Translations under genes and position numbers: made by a program
Shown: positions 12,701 to 21,479 of the stretch, piece by piece
Layout of the letters: every line of letters begins with the position of its first letter
Position numbering within the stretch: position 1 is the first letter of the stretch
The notes under the pieces: model-generated
Database searches by the model: none
The model's input: only the letters and a program-made list of their open reading frames with translations
Told to the model about the DNA's origin: nothing
From: Imperialibacter sp.
GTDB taxonomy: Bacteria > Bacteroidota > Bacteroidia > Cytophagales > Cyclobacteriaceae
Reading direction: 5' to 3'
Length of the DNA stretch: 64,000 bases
NCBI RefSeq assembly: GCF_048007035.1
Contig: NZ_CP180355.1
Span: 1,387,824 to 1,451,823, forward strand

Positions 12701-13936
12701 AAGTCGGAAGTATTCGGTGAAGGCGTTGAAAACAAGGTTATCACCTGGCAGGATGTAAAAGCAGTCTTAGGCGAGAATGAAAAGGGGGTCGAAATTGTGA
12801 GATTCCGTTATTTCGACCATGATTTTACTGACTCAGTCATGTACGCTGTCATCTATGTCGACAATGAAAAGCGCAGCAAGCCGAAACTGGTGTTACTTAG
12901 GAACGGTGCTGATCTGGAAGGCAGGTATATGAAGCTGTATCGGAACAGTATTAAGTTCAAAATCGAAGATGATTATTCATATGATCAGTTCTGGAAACCC
13001 ATCGTTGAAGCTGTAGGGCAAACATCTACAATCTACCTTTCTGCCGACGGTGTTTATAACCAAATCAATTTGGAGGCGATACCGACCGGTGATGGTAAAT
13101 ATGTCCTCGACAATTCCAACATCATCCTTGTGAGTAATACGAGGGACCTTGTAAACAGGAGCAAGAAAAAGAAAGCACAGGCACCCGCTGAAAACCTGGC
13201 ATTGATGTTTGGGGATCCAATTTATTATGTAAAGTCAGAGGGCGCAACTCCAGGAAACGAGAACTTAGCAAAAAGCATTGGCATGAGTGAAGTACAGCGA
13301 CTTCCCGGCACACATGAAGAAGTGGTTGAACTCAAAAAACTGCTTAACGATAATGGCTGGAAAACGCAGGACTATCTCGAACTCAAGGCGGGTGAAGATC
13401 AGGTGAAATCAATGAAAAGCCCAAAAGTATTCCATATTGCCACACACGGGTTCTTCCAGCCGGCGATTGAAGAAAATAACATATTTGCCGGACTCAACGA
13501 GTCGAAAGCTTACGACAACCCTTTGCTTCGATCTGGGCTGCTGATGGCCGGAGCTGGCGACATATTGAACGAAAGCGCCTACAACTACAACAGCCAAAGT
13601 GGCATCCTAACCGCCTATGAGGCCATGAACCTCAACCTGGATCAAACTGATTTGGTTGTGCTGAGTGCCTGCGAAACAGGGCTTGGTGAAATGGAAGCTG
13701 GAGAAGGTGTATATGGACTGCAACGAGCCTTTCTGGTTGCCGGAGCCAAAACAATCATCATGAGCTTATTCAAAGTATCTGATGAGGCCACACAGCAGCT
13801 GATGGTGAAGTTTTACCAGAAGTGGATCACCACCGGAGATAAACGCAGGGCTTTCATTGATGCTAAGAAAGAGATAAGGAATGAGTATCGTGACCCGATC
13901 TACTGGGGGCCTTTTGTAATGATAGGTTTAGATTAA
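9713..13936 (+). CDS. Secreted TPR-repeat protein with a C-terminal CHAT (caspase-like) peptidase domain
   Basis: The 1407-aa ORF has an N-terminal signal peptide (MKNSFKHLLSLIVFLICAGPNSEVFAQ) and about 1000 aa of TPR-like helical repeats. The C-terminal CHAT domain has a His (VFHIATHGFF) and a Cys (LVVLSACETGLGE) dyad. Confidence 0.85.
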   Translation: MKNSFKHLLSLIVFLICAGPNSEVFAQNWPKLFKKANDSYAVGDYPKAKKSAGKIVKKTTKKLGAENKYLASALVLEAQIDWAAGLHKDMADKISRGVAMSAKVNGETSVDHGLLLYEAAHVWADYGHFVNAQDLLTKAKAVLEASGASNEEMKIRLALLQTRILKGKGFYADVVKYINSNLASTQAAYQSASGKDLIASLKGVYGELLMHKADAFRLMGDYIRSDSAFIFTQQWIGKELGKNPLIYSQTLYLNAKLLEENGIDPSALPNLYEDALKNTMRIHSASHIARLDMMESLIRSYWRIDNYSKTSNNTNQFRAILNKSFEKGSLNRARLETLPMDINAPSTKVFGQEKDAASKAYGNLYPEIHPERRRILEFAYRAAQLNNNAENAEKYLLDILKIEKDMLGADAPEYHLSRVMQANYLVEYSDKFAEAKKIYDESFHGVIEKEFSQGHVEYVNILNHLAQFYEENDDFSNASKTLDKALNVSRVKYDNKDVNYGVELNKIASLQMNIGEYEKAEKNIQEATNILAKPSSLEETLHYTNLLTTKARLMVIQGLYDEAEDLLFESERIKVKSGLNRLGSAGQNTEDLAELYYHLGRYSDATDLVDKYLKNTEKQFGTTSRHLLRPLVLKAQLKLAAGEYTDAESFARRSLNIATAVFPASSSKLASSLITLSRLYTTIGDYEKAEQFISQAIANQEKQFGRGHVDVGRSLAQLGMIKFYDGASFKQQQDLLVEAEKIVGAKLGSKNPLYAEVLKDLATVSIYAGEYDISLQYLEEAWTIWKDRIGKRNNVNAAVVNTLKGDIQYQKRQYDRADNFYQDALKTYAKFFSTSHPEYVKVLSKLAKTYYMNGDIRKAQNTIEETLGNYQEFIKTYFPALSEREKAKFWNTIKSDYEFYNTLALTRIDKKEDLIGDIYNNALLTKALLLNTSIKIRTRILSSGDSTLINMYSSWIAKKAQLTNALSMSNDQLLENNVNPAQLVQEMEALEKQLSLKSEVFGEGVENKVITWQDVKAVLGENEKGVEIVRFRYFDHDFTDSVMYAVIYVDNEKRSKPKLVLLRNGADLEGRYMKLYRNSIKFKIEDDYSYDQFWKPIVEAVGQTSTIYLSADGVYNQINLEAIPTGDGKYVLDNSNIILVSNTRDLVNRSKKKKAQAPAENLALMFGDPIYYVKSEGATPGNENLAKSIGMSEVQRLPGTHEEVVELKKLLNDNGWKTQDYLELKAGEDQVKSMKSPKVFHIATHGFFQPAIEENNIFAGLNESKAYDNPLLRSGLLMAGAGDILNESAYNYNSQSGILTAYEAMNLNLDQTDLVVLSACETGLGEMEAGEGVYGLQRAFLVAGAKTIIMSLFKVSDEATQQLMVKFYQKWITTGDKRRAFIDAKKEIRNEYRDPIYWGPFVMIGLD

Positions 13937-13961
13937 TCCTATTACACGCAGCTGACTTGAA

Positions 13962-13993
13962 GGAGACTGTCGAAAGGCAGTCTCTTTTTTTTA
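13962..13993 (+). terminator. Rho-independent terminator after the TPR-CHAT gene
   Basis: GGAGACTGTCGAAAGGCAGTCTC is a perfect hairpin followed by TTTTTTTTATT. Confidence 0.7.
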
Positions 13994-14270
13994 TTGTTAA
14001 CCGAGTCTTCGGTTAGAGGTTAGCATTCCCATCGCTTAAGAGTGGGGAAAGCATTGGTCAGATGAGCAGCTGCATCTGGATTGTGTCCTGCTCGCTGAAA
14101 CGTACGGTCGAATAGGTGGCGTCGCATTGCCATCGGATCGCTCATCTGGAATCAGTTTAGAATGTCAAGGCCTGGTCTCATGGCATAACCACAGTCATGA
14201 TAATCTCCGCTCTAGCGTTCACCTCTCTCACCTAAACCTAACCGCTTCCCTTTTGTCAATATACGGGCAT

Positions 14271-14299
14271 AAAAAAAGGGGCTTGTGCCCCTTTTTTTC
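14271..14299. terminator. Rho-independent terminator for the minus-strand FecR-like/CHASE2 operon (bidirectional)
   Basis: AAAAAAAGGGGCTTGTGCCCCTTTTTTT lies just downstream of the minus-strand stop codon at 14315. Confidence 0.6.
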
Positions 14300-14314
14300 T
14301 TTCTTACCTTCCTT

Positions 14315-15244
14315 TTAGTTAGCAGTGGCAACAAGGCCATTCTTTACAAGGAAGCTCTGGTACATGTCCTGGAAGTCCTGCACTTCAGGAGACATCTCGA
14401 TAGCCTCTTCATACTTGGTAAGTGCATCAAGCACAAGGTTGTTTTCTTCGAAGAAAGAAGCATAAATAATCTTATTCAGCGGTGTTTCTTCGTTCACTTC
14501 ACTCTTCAGTCCTTTGATGTTTTCGTTCACCTTGGCCGACTCAGTATTTGAAAGACGCTTGATACCGTAATCAGACGACTTCATATCTTCGTCACCTTTA
14601 ACCTTAACATTAAGTATCACAAGTCTTTCCTGCGCAAGCTTAGGGTTAGTGAAGTCAAGTTCATAAGCTGTCTGATCAGTTTCGATTTTAGCTACTTCCT
14701 CATCAAAGATGTTCTTCACAGTTACTATGTACGTTGCGTTACCTTCACCTACAGCTTTCCAGCGAACAATAGCATTGTCACCATAAAAGTCAACAGAATT
14801 AGGAAGCATTACGTTGATAGCAGACGTTAAAGCTCTTTCAACAGCACCAGTCGCTTTCATGTTTGACCGGTAGTTTCCGCCACCGTCACTTTCGTTCATT
14901 TTAGCAGCTATGTAGTTAGCATAACGGCTGGCAGTTGTAGAACTAGTGGCAGAAATTTTCGCCGACAAATCGTCGATCTTTACAGTGCCAGGAGTTCTTA
15001 TCTCGGTGGTTTTACCGCTGCTGTGCACCAGTCCGATGTAAGCGCCATTTGCAGCAATGATTTGATCACCTTTTGCAAGCGTTGCGCCAGTTTTCAGGGT
15101 TTCTGCCTGACTTGCACCAGCTTTTTTCACTTGGTTTTCACCTTTATTAGCCAATACCCGAAACTCATAACCCTGAGCCAATACACTGCTGCTCAAAAAG
15201 GTCAGCAATACCAAGAACGTCAAAAGAATTGTTCTCATTTTCAT
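14315..15244 (-). CDS. Secreted protein with an N-terminal FecR-like beta-sandwich domain. It is the partner of the CHASE2 protein.
   Basis: There is a signal peptide (LLTFLVLLTFLSSSVLAQG). The segment LKTGATLAKGDQIIAANGAYIGLVHSSGKTTEIRTPGTVKI resembles FecR (PF04773)-type domains. It sits 19 bp downstream of the CHASE2 gene on the same strand. Confidence 0.5.
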   Translation of the reverse strand: MKMRTILLTFLVLLTFLSSSVLAQGYEFRVLANKGENQVKKAGASQAETLKTGATLAKGDQIIAANGAYIGLVHSSGKTTEIRTPGTVKIDDLSAKISATSSTTASRYANYIAAKMNESDGGGNYRSNMKATGAVERALTSAINVMLPNSVDFYGDNAIVRWKAVGEGNATYIVTVKNIFDEEVAKIETDQTAYELDFTNPKLAQERLVILNVKVKGDEDMKSSDYGIKRLSNTESAKVNENIKGLKSEVNEETPLNKIIYASFFEENNLVLDALTKYEEAIEMSPEVQDFQDMYQSFLVKNGLVATAN

Positions 15245-15263
15245 AGGTCTAATTTTTAATGTT

Positions 15264-16514
15264 TTACAATTTAATTTTTCTTTTTCTACTTTTAAAAAGC
15301 CCGGTGACTGAATTCTTCACCACGCTGTAATATACTTCCAGAGAATCACCGGCAAGGGCTATAGCCACCATGCCGAGCGTTAACTCAGGCTTATAATTGA
15401 ATTTATCCAACACCCAAACATTCATAAAACTGATGCCCAAAACTTCCACCAGCTGTATCAATTTAGTGGCACCGTCGTACCACTTGGAATACACTCTGTA
15501 TATGTAAGAGAAAGCCGCTACATTGATCAAACACAACAGCACACCAATTATAGCACCAGTTGTATCATCCATGGCATCAATATAATCCTCATTGAGAATC
15601 ATGGCCACAATGTTGGCATGTACAACCCCTCCAAACATATCCGGATAGGATCTTCCCGCAAACTGCGAGTTAATCGGCGAATAGTACTTGTCTTCTATTG
15701 TCAGTCTATCACCAAGGTACTCTCCTAAAAAGCAGAAGATCACAATCTTATCCTTAATCAGAGACGGGTCAAAATTCTGGTTAAAAACGTCATTAATATC
15801 AAGGGCAAAAAACATTGTGCCATACACCGAGGCACCGTAGTCCATCACATTACCTCTATAATTAATCGTTTCCCGCTCATTGTCTCTTTTCAACAACCTG
15901 TTTACCTTTTCAGGTTCCAAATACTGAGCCAGCTTTACAGCAAATGCCAGTTCTTGTTGCCCTGCTACCATCTCCTTGGGAGTGAACTCCCGGGTCATTT
16001 TCAATTCTTCCTGAGTTTGGGCATCTGTTATAAAATTAACAAACCCCGTCTCAGCGTACTGAGTGAACCTTGGGAGAGATTTCCCCAGAGAATCAAATTC
16101 ATTTTTATCCTCGTCGAATGTTTCAAGCTTGCTGCCCATCACCAGATTTCCTACTCTGGACAGCGCATCTTGCAATGTGGCATCTACAGCAGAATCCTTG
16201 TGTGTTCTGAAGTAAGTATCCAGGCCAATTACTTTTGGTTCGTACTGATTGATAATGTCAACCATGTAACCAATATCAGCCCTGTTTACCCTGCCCAGGT
16301 TGACCAGCACAATCCTGTCATCAGGAATGGCCGGCTCCCTTAGTTGGGAGAATACCACATCAGTGAGCTCTACATCTCCAAGAGCGTCTCCAATCGGATC
16401 AAATAAGTCAAAGACCTTAAATGCGGTTACGGAATAAAATACCCACATCAGTAAGAATATGAAGGCTGTTCCAAAAATCGAGTCCAGCCAAAATTCTCTT
16501 CTGTTTGCTTTCAT
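15264..16514 (-). CDS. CHASE2 domain-containing membrane sensor without a cytoplasmic output domain
   Basis: There is one N-terminal TM helix, then a roughly 300-aa periplasmic domain with the CHASE2-type motif EPKVIGLDTYF, then three C-terminal TM helices. The protein ends about 18 aa after the last TM helix. Confidence 0.7.
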   Translation of the reverse strand: MKANRREFWLDSIFGTAFIFLLMWVFYSVTAFKVFDLFDPIGDALGDVELTDVVFSQLREPAIPDDRIVLVNLGRVNRADIGYMVDIINQYEPKVIGLDTYFRTHKDSAVDATLQDALSRVGNLVMGSKLETFDEDKNEFDSLGKSLPRFTQYAETGFVNFITDAQTQEELKMTREFTPKEMVAGQQELAFAVKLAQYLEPEKVNRLLKRDNERETINYRGNVMDYGASVYGTMFFALDINDVFNQNFDPSLIKDKIVIFCFLGEYLGDRLTIEDKYYSPINSQFAGRSYPDMFGGVVHANIVAMILNEDYIDAMDDTTGAIIGVLLCLINVAAFSYIYRVYSKWYDGATKLIQLVEVLGISFMNVWVLDKFNYKPELTLGMVAIALAGDSLEVYYSVVKNSVTGLFKSRKRKIKL

Positions 16515-16700
16515 AGTAGATTAGTTGCTTTGCCAACTGGTAAGTAACTAAATATTCACGAACCAACGATACAAACATAAGTAAAAGCCAAATTAAACTT
16601 AAAATAGAACAATTTTTTTTTCGGTTCTTTCGACGAAAGGAATTATTTGAAGGACGAATGTATATTGTGATCGGTTTAAACCTGTATGACTTTTTCTTGG

Positions 16701-17699
16701 ATGTCAACGAATATACCAAAAAGGCCAACATTAGAGGAGTTGATTAGCGGAATAATCAGGGGCGACAGGGTGGCTCTGGCCAGGGGTATTACCCTGGTGG
16801 AAAGCAAACTACCGTCTGACAGAGTGCTTGCTGAGCAACTGATTGACAGATTGTTAAGCAAAACAGGCAAGGCGACAAGAATTGGCGTGTCGGGCATACC
16901 AGGCGTTGGGAAGAGCACCTTCATAGAAGGCTTTGGTGAGCACCTCACCGGCTTAGGTAAAAGGGTGGCAGTATTGGCGGTTGACCCATCGAGCAAGCAG
17001 ACCAAGGGCAGTATACTCGGCGACAAAACCAGAATGAATAAGCTCGCCGTCAACCCAAATGCCTACATACGACCCACTCCTACGGGTTCTACCCTGGGGG
17101 GCGTTGCAGATCAGTCACGTGAGGCCATGTTACTGTGCGAAGCGGCCGGGTTCGATGTCATTTTGATAGAGACTGTGGGAGTAGGTCAATCGGAGACCCT
17201 GGTAAGAGACATGTGTGATTTCTTTCTGCTGCTGACAATGGCCGGAGCAGGCGATGACCTGCAGGGCATAAAGAAGGGCATTATGGAGATGGCCGACGCC
17301 ATTGTGATTAACAAGGCTGATGGCGACAATATTCCAGCGGTCAGGAAGACCCTCCAGGAGCTTAAACAAGTGGTTCACTACTTCCCGCTGCCCCCTTCCG
17401 GCTGGGTTACTCAGGTGACAACATGCTCCGCTCTTCTCGGCGAGGGAATAGGTGAGTTATGGACTTTGATTGAGTCGTTCAACGAAAAGATGACTGCCAA
17501 TGGCTACCTGGCACACCAACGATCCCAGCAAAACCTGCAATGGATGCATCAGAAGCTTGATGGGCTTTTGAAACAGGAATTCAATAGTCTGGTAAAAGAG
17601 GAAGTCAAAGACCTCGCCGCAAAAGTGGAAAATAAAGAGCTAAACCCCGTAACTGCAGCCCACCAGCTGTTTGACCTCTACAAAAAAAAGAAGGGGTGA
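16701..17699 (+). CDS. meaB: Methylmalonyl-CoA mutase-associated GTPase MeaB (ArgK family)
   Basis: P-loop SGIPGVGKSTFIE, switch regions and the LLCEAAGFDVILIETVGVGQSE motif are present. The ORF track starts at 16686. The internal Met at 16701 is the likelier start. Confidence 0.9.
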   Translation: MSTNIPKRPTLEELISGIIRGDRVALARGITLVESKLPSDRVLAEQLIDRLLSKTGKATRIGVSGIPGVGKSTFIEGFGEHLTGLGKRVAVLAVDPSSKQTKGSILGDKTRMNKLAVNPNAYIRPTPTGSTLGGVADQSREAMLLCEAAGFDVILIETVGVGQSETLVRDMCDFFLLLTMAGAGDDLQGIKKGIMEMADAIVINKADGDNIPAVRKTLQELKQVVHYFPLPPSGWVTQVTTCSALLGEGIGELWTLIESFNEKMTANGYLAHQRSQQNLQWMHQKLDGLLKQEFNSLVKEEVKDLAAKVENKELNPVTAAHQLFDLYKKKKG

Positions 17700-17710
17700 A
17701 ATCACCCCTC
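17690..17710. terminator. Bidirectional terminator hairpin overlapping the meaB stop codon
   Basis: AGGGGTGAAATCACCCCT is a perfect 7-bp stem. On the minus strand it is followed by TTCTTTTTTTT, which terminates the DUF2807 gene. Confidence 0.5.
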
Positions 17711-17715
17711 CATTG

Positions 17716-18396
17716 TTAGTTCATTCTTTTGACGGAGCCTGCTCCATTCGAGTCAGCGTACACTTTCTCAGGATCGCCCTTGTAGCGAACCGAGCCCGCT
17801 CCACTGCATTCTGCCCTAAGCTCCTTATTAGCTACCACCCGAGCCGTTCCCGCCCCTGAAGATTCCACCTCGGTGTAGTCACAATCGAAGTCCTCCGCAT
17901 TGTAGCTGCCGGCACCGGTAATGTCAATGATTTGTTCTTTGGCCTTTCCCCGCAGAGTAAGCGTGCCAGCACCGGTCATATCAGCTCTTAACCTGTCCGT
18001 CTCAATGATCAGCCGGGTAGAACCGGCTCCACTTACGTCCAAATCGAACGTCGAAGCCGTGATGACATCATCGCATACAACTGTCGAAGCCCCGCTTAAA
18101 TCCATGCCGTTGATGTTCGAAAACTCAATAGTCAGATTCATGGGCCCATTCGACCTGAAATTATTGTCTTTGATATAGACTTTCAAAGTGCTGCCAACAA
18201 CCTCGGTTCGGATTCTGTCTATCACGTTGTCATCTGCATCAATGAATACCCTGTGCTTGCCGGTTTTCTTCAGTGTCACTTTAAAAGCACCACCGATATC
18301 GAGGCTGCTGAACGAAGACAACTCTCTTGTTTCTTCTCCTGCCCAAGCCTGGCTGGCAATTAGTAATCCAAGTATAAGTACTCCTATCTTTCTCAT
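17716..18396 (-). CDS. DUF2807 ('head GIN' adhesin-like beta-helix) lipoprotein
   Basis: There is a signal peptide and repeated SGAGS/TGAG motifs (DLSGAS, DVSGAGS, DMTGAGT, DITGAGS, SSGAGT, CSGAGS, SNGAGS) typical of PF10988. It is the last gene of the riboswitch-controlled minus-strand operon. Confidence 0.65.
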   Translation of the reverse strand: MRKIGVLILGLLIASQAWAGEETRELSSFSSLDIGGAFKVTLKKTGKHRVFIDADDNVIDRIRTEVVGSTLKVYIKDNNFRSNGPMNLTIEFSNINGMDLSGASTVVCDDVITASTFDLDVSGAGSTRLIIETDRLRADMTGAGTLTLRGKAKEQIIDITGAGSYNAEDFDCDYTEVESSGAGTARVVANKELRAECSGAGSVRYKGDPEKVYADSNGAGSVKRMN

Positions 18397-18457
18397 AATC
18401 GTTAGTTCATTTTGAGTAAAAGACGGCAGCTATCTTCAAGGGTTGCAGCACGGCTCT

Positions 18458-19492
18458 TTATTTGAAAACAAAGCCATTTGGCGCTACCCCTGCTTCAAAT
18501 GTCGATAGTGCTTCTCCATCGGCGGAATATCTGTACACGGTACCCTTGCCCTGAAAGCCTTTGGCGTCTGCTATGTAGATGACATCCTCGGCCTCATTAT
18601 AACCTAGTCCATAAAAACCAACTGCCTCATCAATTGTAATAAACGCCTTTTCAAGTACCTTTTGTGCAGTTTCATAGCTCCCAACGGACGTTCCTGCTAT
18701 ATAATACAATACGCCCTGCTCTTTATCAATGGATAGTCGTGCCGAAGGATTAACCTCCAGGTCGACCTCTTTGGTAGCTGCGGATGTGCCAAGTTTATAG
18801 ATGGCTCCGTCGTTTCCCTGATAGCTTCCACTGCAGATCAGCCAAACGGCACCGGCTTCATCTACCACCATTTCTCCCGGCGAATAACCCACTTCGAGGG
18901 TTGTCTCAAGTTTTCCCGTACTGGTTTTGATTACCGACACGGTGTTCCCGAAACTATTGGATGCATAGACGTAACCATCAGCATAAACCAGGTTTTCGGT
19001 GCCATCCTCGGTGTTTACTGCTCCCTCCTTTTCAAAAGTGGCAGCATCAAGAATAAGCACGTACGACTGATCAAGCGCATAGTTCTCATCGAAAGTGCCC
19101 CAGTTGCTAACAAAAAGCTGATCGTTGTTTCTGATCAGATACCTTGGGTTAGCCAGGTTGTCGTCAATAGTGGCCGTTGAAACAAAGTCAGCATTCACCA
19201 CTTCAATCTTTTTGCTGTTGTTCACTACTACGTAGCCCACCTCATCGGCATCGATAAACAGGGATTGCACCACGTCGCCCAGCGGCCGACTGTTGGCCGT
19301 TTGGAAAACGAAGGCAGAAACCTCCCCGCTTTCCGGGTCATAGGAGGTGATACTTCCGTTCGTTTGGTTAAAATTTCCTTCATTGACTACATACACGGGT
19401 CCCACACCTTTATTCGGTTCACCTTCGTCGTCACCACCACAGCTGGTTAGAAAAACTGCGGCCATTAAACTCCATAATGCTAGCTTTTTCAT
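18458..19492 (-). CDS. Cell-surface beta-propeller lipoprotein (YncE/BtuG-like, a putative B12-capturing accessory protein)
   Basis: There is a lipoprotein signal (LTSCGGDDEG) and repeated YVVNEGN/YVLILDA/YVYASNS blades. It overlaps the btuB-like receptor stop by 4 bp. This is the same arrangement as btuB-btuG in Bacteroides. Confidence 0.55.
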   Translation of the reverse strand: MKKLALWSLMAAVFLTSCGGDDEGEPNKGVGPVYVVNEGNFNQTNGSITSYDPESGEVSAFVFQTANSRPLGDVVQSLFIDADEVGYVVVNNSKKIEVVNADFVSTATIDDNLANPRYLIRNNDQLFVSNWGTFDENYALDQSYVLILDAATFEKEGAVNTEDGTENLVYADGYVYASNSFGNTVSVIKTSTGKLETTLEVGYSPGEMVVDEAGAVWLICSGSYQGNDGAIYKLGTSAATKEVDLEVNPSARLSIDKEQGVLYYIAGTSVGSYETAQKVLEKAFITIDEAVGFYGLGYNEAEDVIYIADAKGFQGKGTVYRYSADGEALSTFEAGVAPNGFVFK

Positions 19493-21420
19493 TTTTTATC
19501 TTGTTTTAAAGTGTAATTCAATTGAAAAGAGAAAGACCGACCCGGCATGGGCCTGTATTGCAGGTTCTCATACCTTTTGCCCAGCACGTTGTCGACTTTG
19601 ACTGAAAGCGAAAAAAGTGACTTTCCAGCCCGGATTTGCCTGCCAGCCTCCAGGTTCCACAGCGTATAGGCGTCGAGGTTGATATCGTTATCAACGAGCG
19701 TATACCTGCTGCCATAGAATGAAACCTGGAAATGAAAATGCCACAGACTGGCTTTCAACCCAAAGCTCCAGTTTCCCTGGTGCAGCGGCACATAAGGCAG
19801 TTGATTACCGATGTTGCTGTCGTCTCCTAAGTAACCTGCCCGGATCTGTGATACAGTCAGTTTGTAATTAATGTCGTTGGTTAACAACCTCTTTCCCACG
19901 CTCCACTCATGACCAGCCGATAGCTCACCGCCACGGGAAAACACATTCCTCACATTCACTGGCGACCAGTAGCCCTCCGCTTGCGGTAGCCAAAGAATCC
20001 AATCTTGTATCCAGTGAGCGAAGCCAGTGGCAGATGCCTTTAGCGCATGTTTTCCCAGTTTGATGGAATAATCGAGTCCAGACTCTGCATTCCAACCTTG
20101 TTCGGGCTTCAGGTTTAAGTTGCCACCAGGGCTCCAGTAGCGGTCGTTAAGCGTGGGCACCCGATAGCTTCTGGAAATCTGCGAGCGCCAATTGAGGGAA
20201 ACTTCGTCTGATTTTAAAATCAAAACGTCAGCGCCCAGCGACGGAGCGACTGGATTCCACGTGCCGGCAACAATTCCCTGACGAACTTTTGCATTCAATG
20301 TCCATCGGACTGAAGGAAACCAGTTGACCATTAAAAAGGCACTGGATCGGTTTTCGGTCAAGCCGCCACCGTACTCTGGCACATCGGCTACAATGTGGTT
20401 GATCAATCCTCCAGCTCGCAGCTGAACTTTAGCAATTGGCATCCATTCAATGCTATTATTCCACATATACTGGGTGGTGGCGGATGCCAGGCCGTTGAAT
20501 TTGATAAAGTCGTAGATTCTTCCAATCCGTGATTCCCATTTCAGCAAAGGCTGGATGCGGTGCACATAACCCAGCGACAGTCGCAGCGACCGATCGACCT
20601 GAGTGTCGCCGGCTGAAGCGACAGTGTAAGGCGGGATAATATCTCTATTATAATGCGTCAGCCAGCCTTCGATATCAAAAACGCCTTTTGACCATGGACT
20701 CCAGAAGGCAGCCGCCTTCAGGCCTTTGCCATTGTAAGCGCCATGTGATTGTTTTTCAATCGGCTGCCCGGCTTTGGCCAGGTTCCGGTAGGTGTAGTCA
20801 TTATCGGATTCCTTATAAAAGCCAGCGAGAGAAATGCCAGCTCTCTCACCCGAAGCTTTGACTTTAAGTCCTGAAAAGCTGGAGCCAAAGCTCCCAACTT
20901 CCTGGGTTAACCCTATGCTTCGGAGGTTTTTGTCAACCTTATCGCTGACAGCCACGGCGCCACCAATAGCGCCAGACCCGGCCAGAGAACTTACTCCTCC
21001 ATAGAAAACCTCGGCTTGATCGATAAAGAAATTAGGGATTAGCGAGAAATCGGCCTGGCCTAGTGATGGAAAATTGATGGGAAGGCCATTCCAAAGCAAA
21101 GAAGTTTGGCTGGCGGACGTGCCTCTGAGGCTAATGGAGTTCAGCATACCGGGGCCGTACTCTTTAAGGTAAATGCCTTGCTGCGCCTGAAGTAACTTGC
21201 CTAACGATGTAGCCGCTTGCGTTTGAATAGCCATCGAGTCGAGTAGCTCTGAATGGCCTCCCACTGCATAGCTGTGAAGCCACGTGTCGCTGACCTCCAC
21301 TGGCGCCAGGATTTTACCCATGCGGATAGAATCAGCAGCAACCTCCTGACCTTTTGCACCAAACAAAAAAAGGATGACACAGGCTACCAGCCCGACCACC
21401 CTTATACCAACTGCATACAT
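19489..21420 (-). CDS. btuB: TonB-dependent outer-membrane receptor, BtuB-like cobalamin transporter
   Basis: The 643-aa ORF has a signal peptide, a plug domain (NSISLRGTSASQTSLLWNGLPIN) and a C-terminal beta-barrel. A cobalamin riboswitch lies directly upstream. Confidence 0.8.
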   Translation of the reverse strand: MYAVGIRVVGLVACVILFLFGAKGQEVAADSIRMGKILAPVEVSDTWLHSYAVGGHSELLDSMAIQTQAATSLGKLLQAQQGIYLKEYGPGMLNSISLRGTSASQTSLLWNGLPINFPSLGQADFSLIPNFFIDQAEVFYGGVSSLAGSGAIGGAVAVSDKVDKNLRSIGLTQEVGSFGSSFSGLKVKASGERAGISLAGFYKESDNDYTYRNLAKAGQPIEKQSHGAYNGKGLKAAAFWSPWSKGVFDIEGWLTHYNRDIIPPYTVASAGDTQVDRSLRLSLGYVHRIQPLLKWESRIGRIYDFIKFNGLASATTQYMWNNSIEWMPIAKVQLRAGGLINHIVADVPEYGGGLTENRSSAFLMVNWFPSVRWTLNAKVRQGIVAGTWNPVAPSLGADVLILKSDEVSLNWRSQISRSYRVPTLNDRYWSPGGNLNLKPEQGWNAESGLDYSIKLGKHALKASATGFAHWIQDWILWLPQAEGYWSPVNVRNVFSRGGELSAGHEWSVGKRLLTNDINYKLTVSQIRAGYLGDDSNIGNQLPYVPLHQGNWSFGLKASLWHFHFQVSFYGSRYTLVDNDINLDAYTLWNLEAGRQIRAGKSLFSLSVKVDNVLGKRYENLQYRPMPGRSFSFQLNYTLKQDKK

Positions 21421-21479
21421 CTCTTTGAATTAAATTAACGGGCAAGCCCAGTTTGTTAACTTAATTCAAAGCAGTAGAG

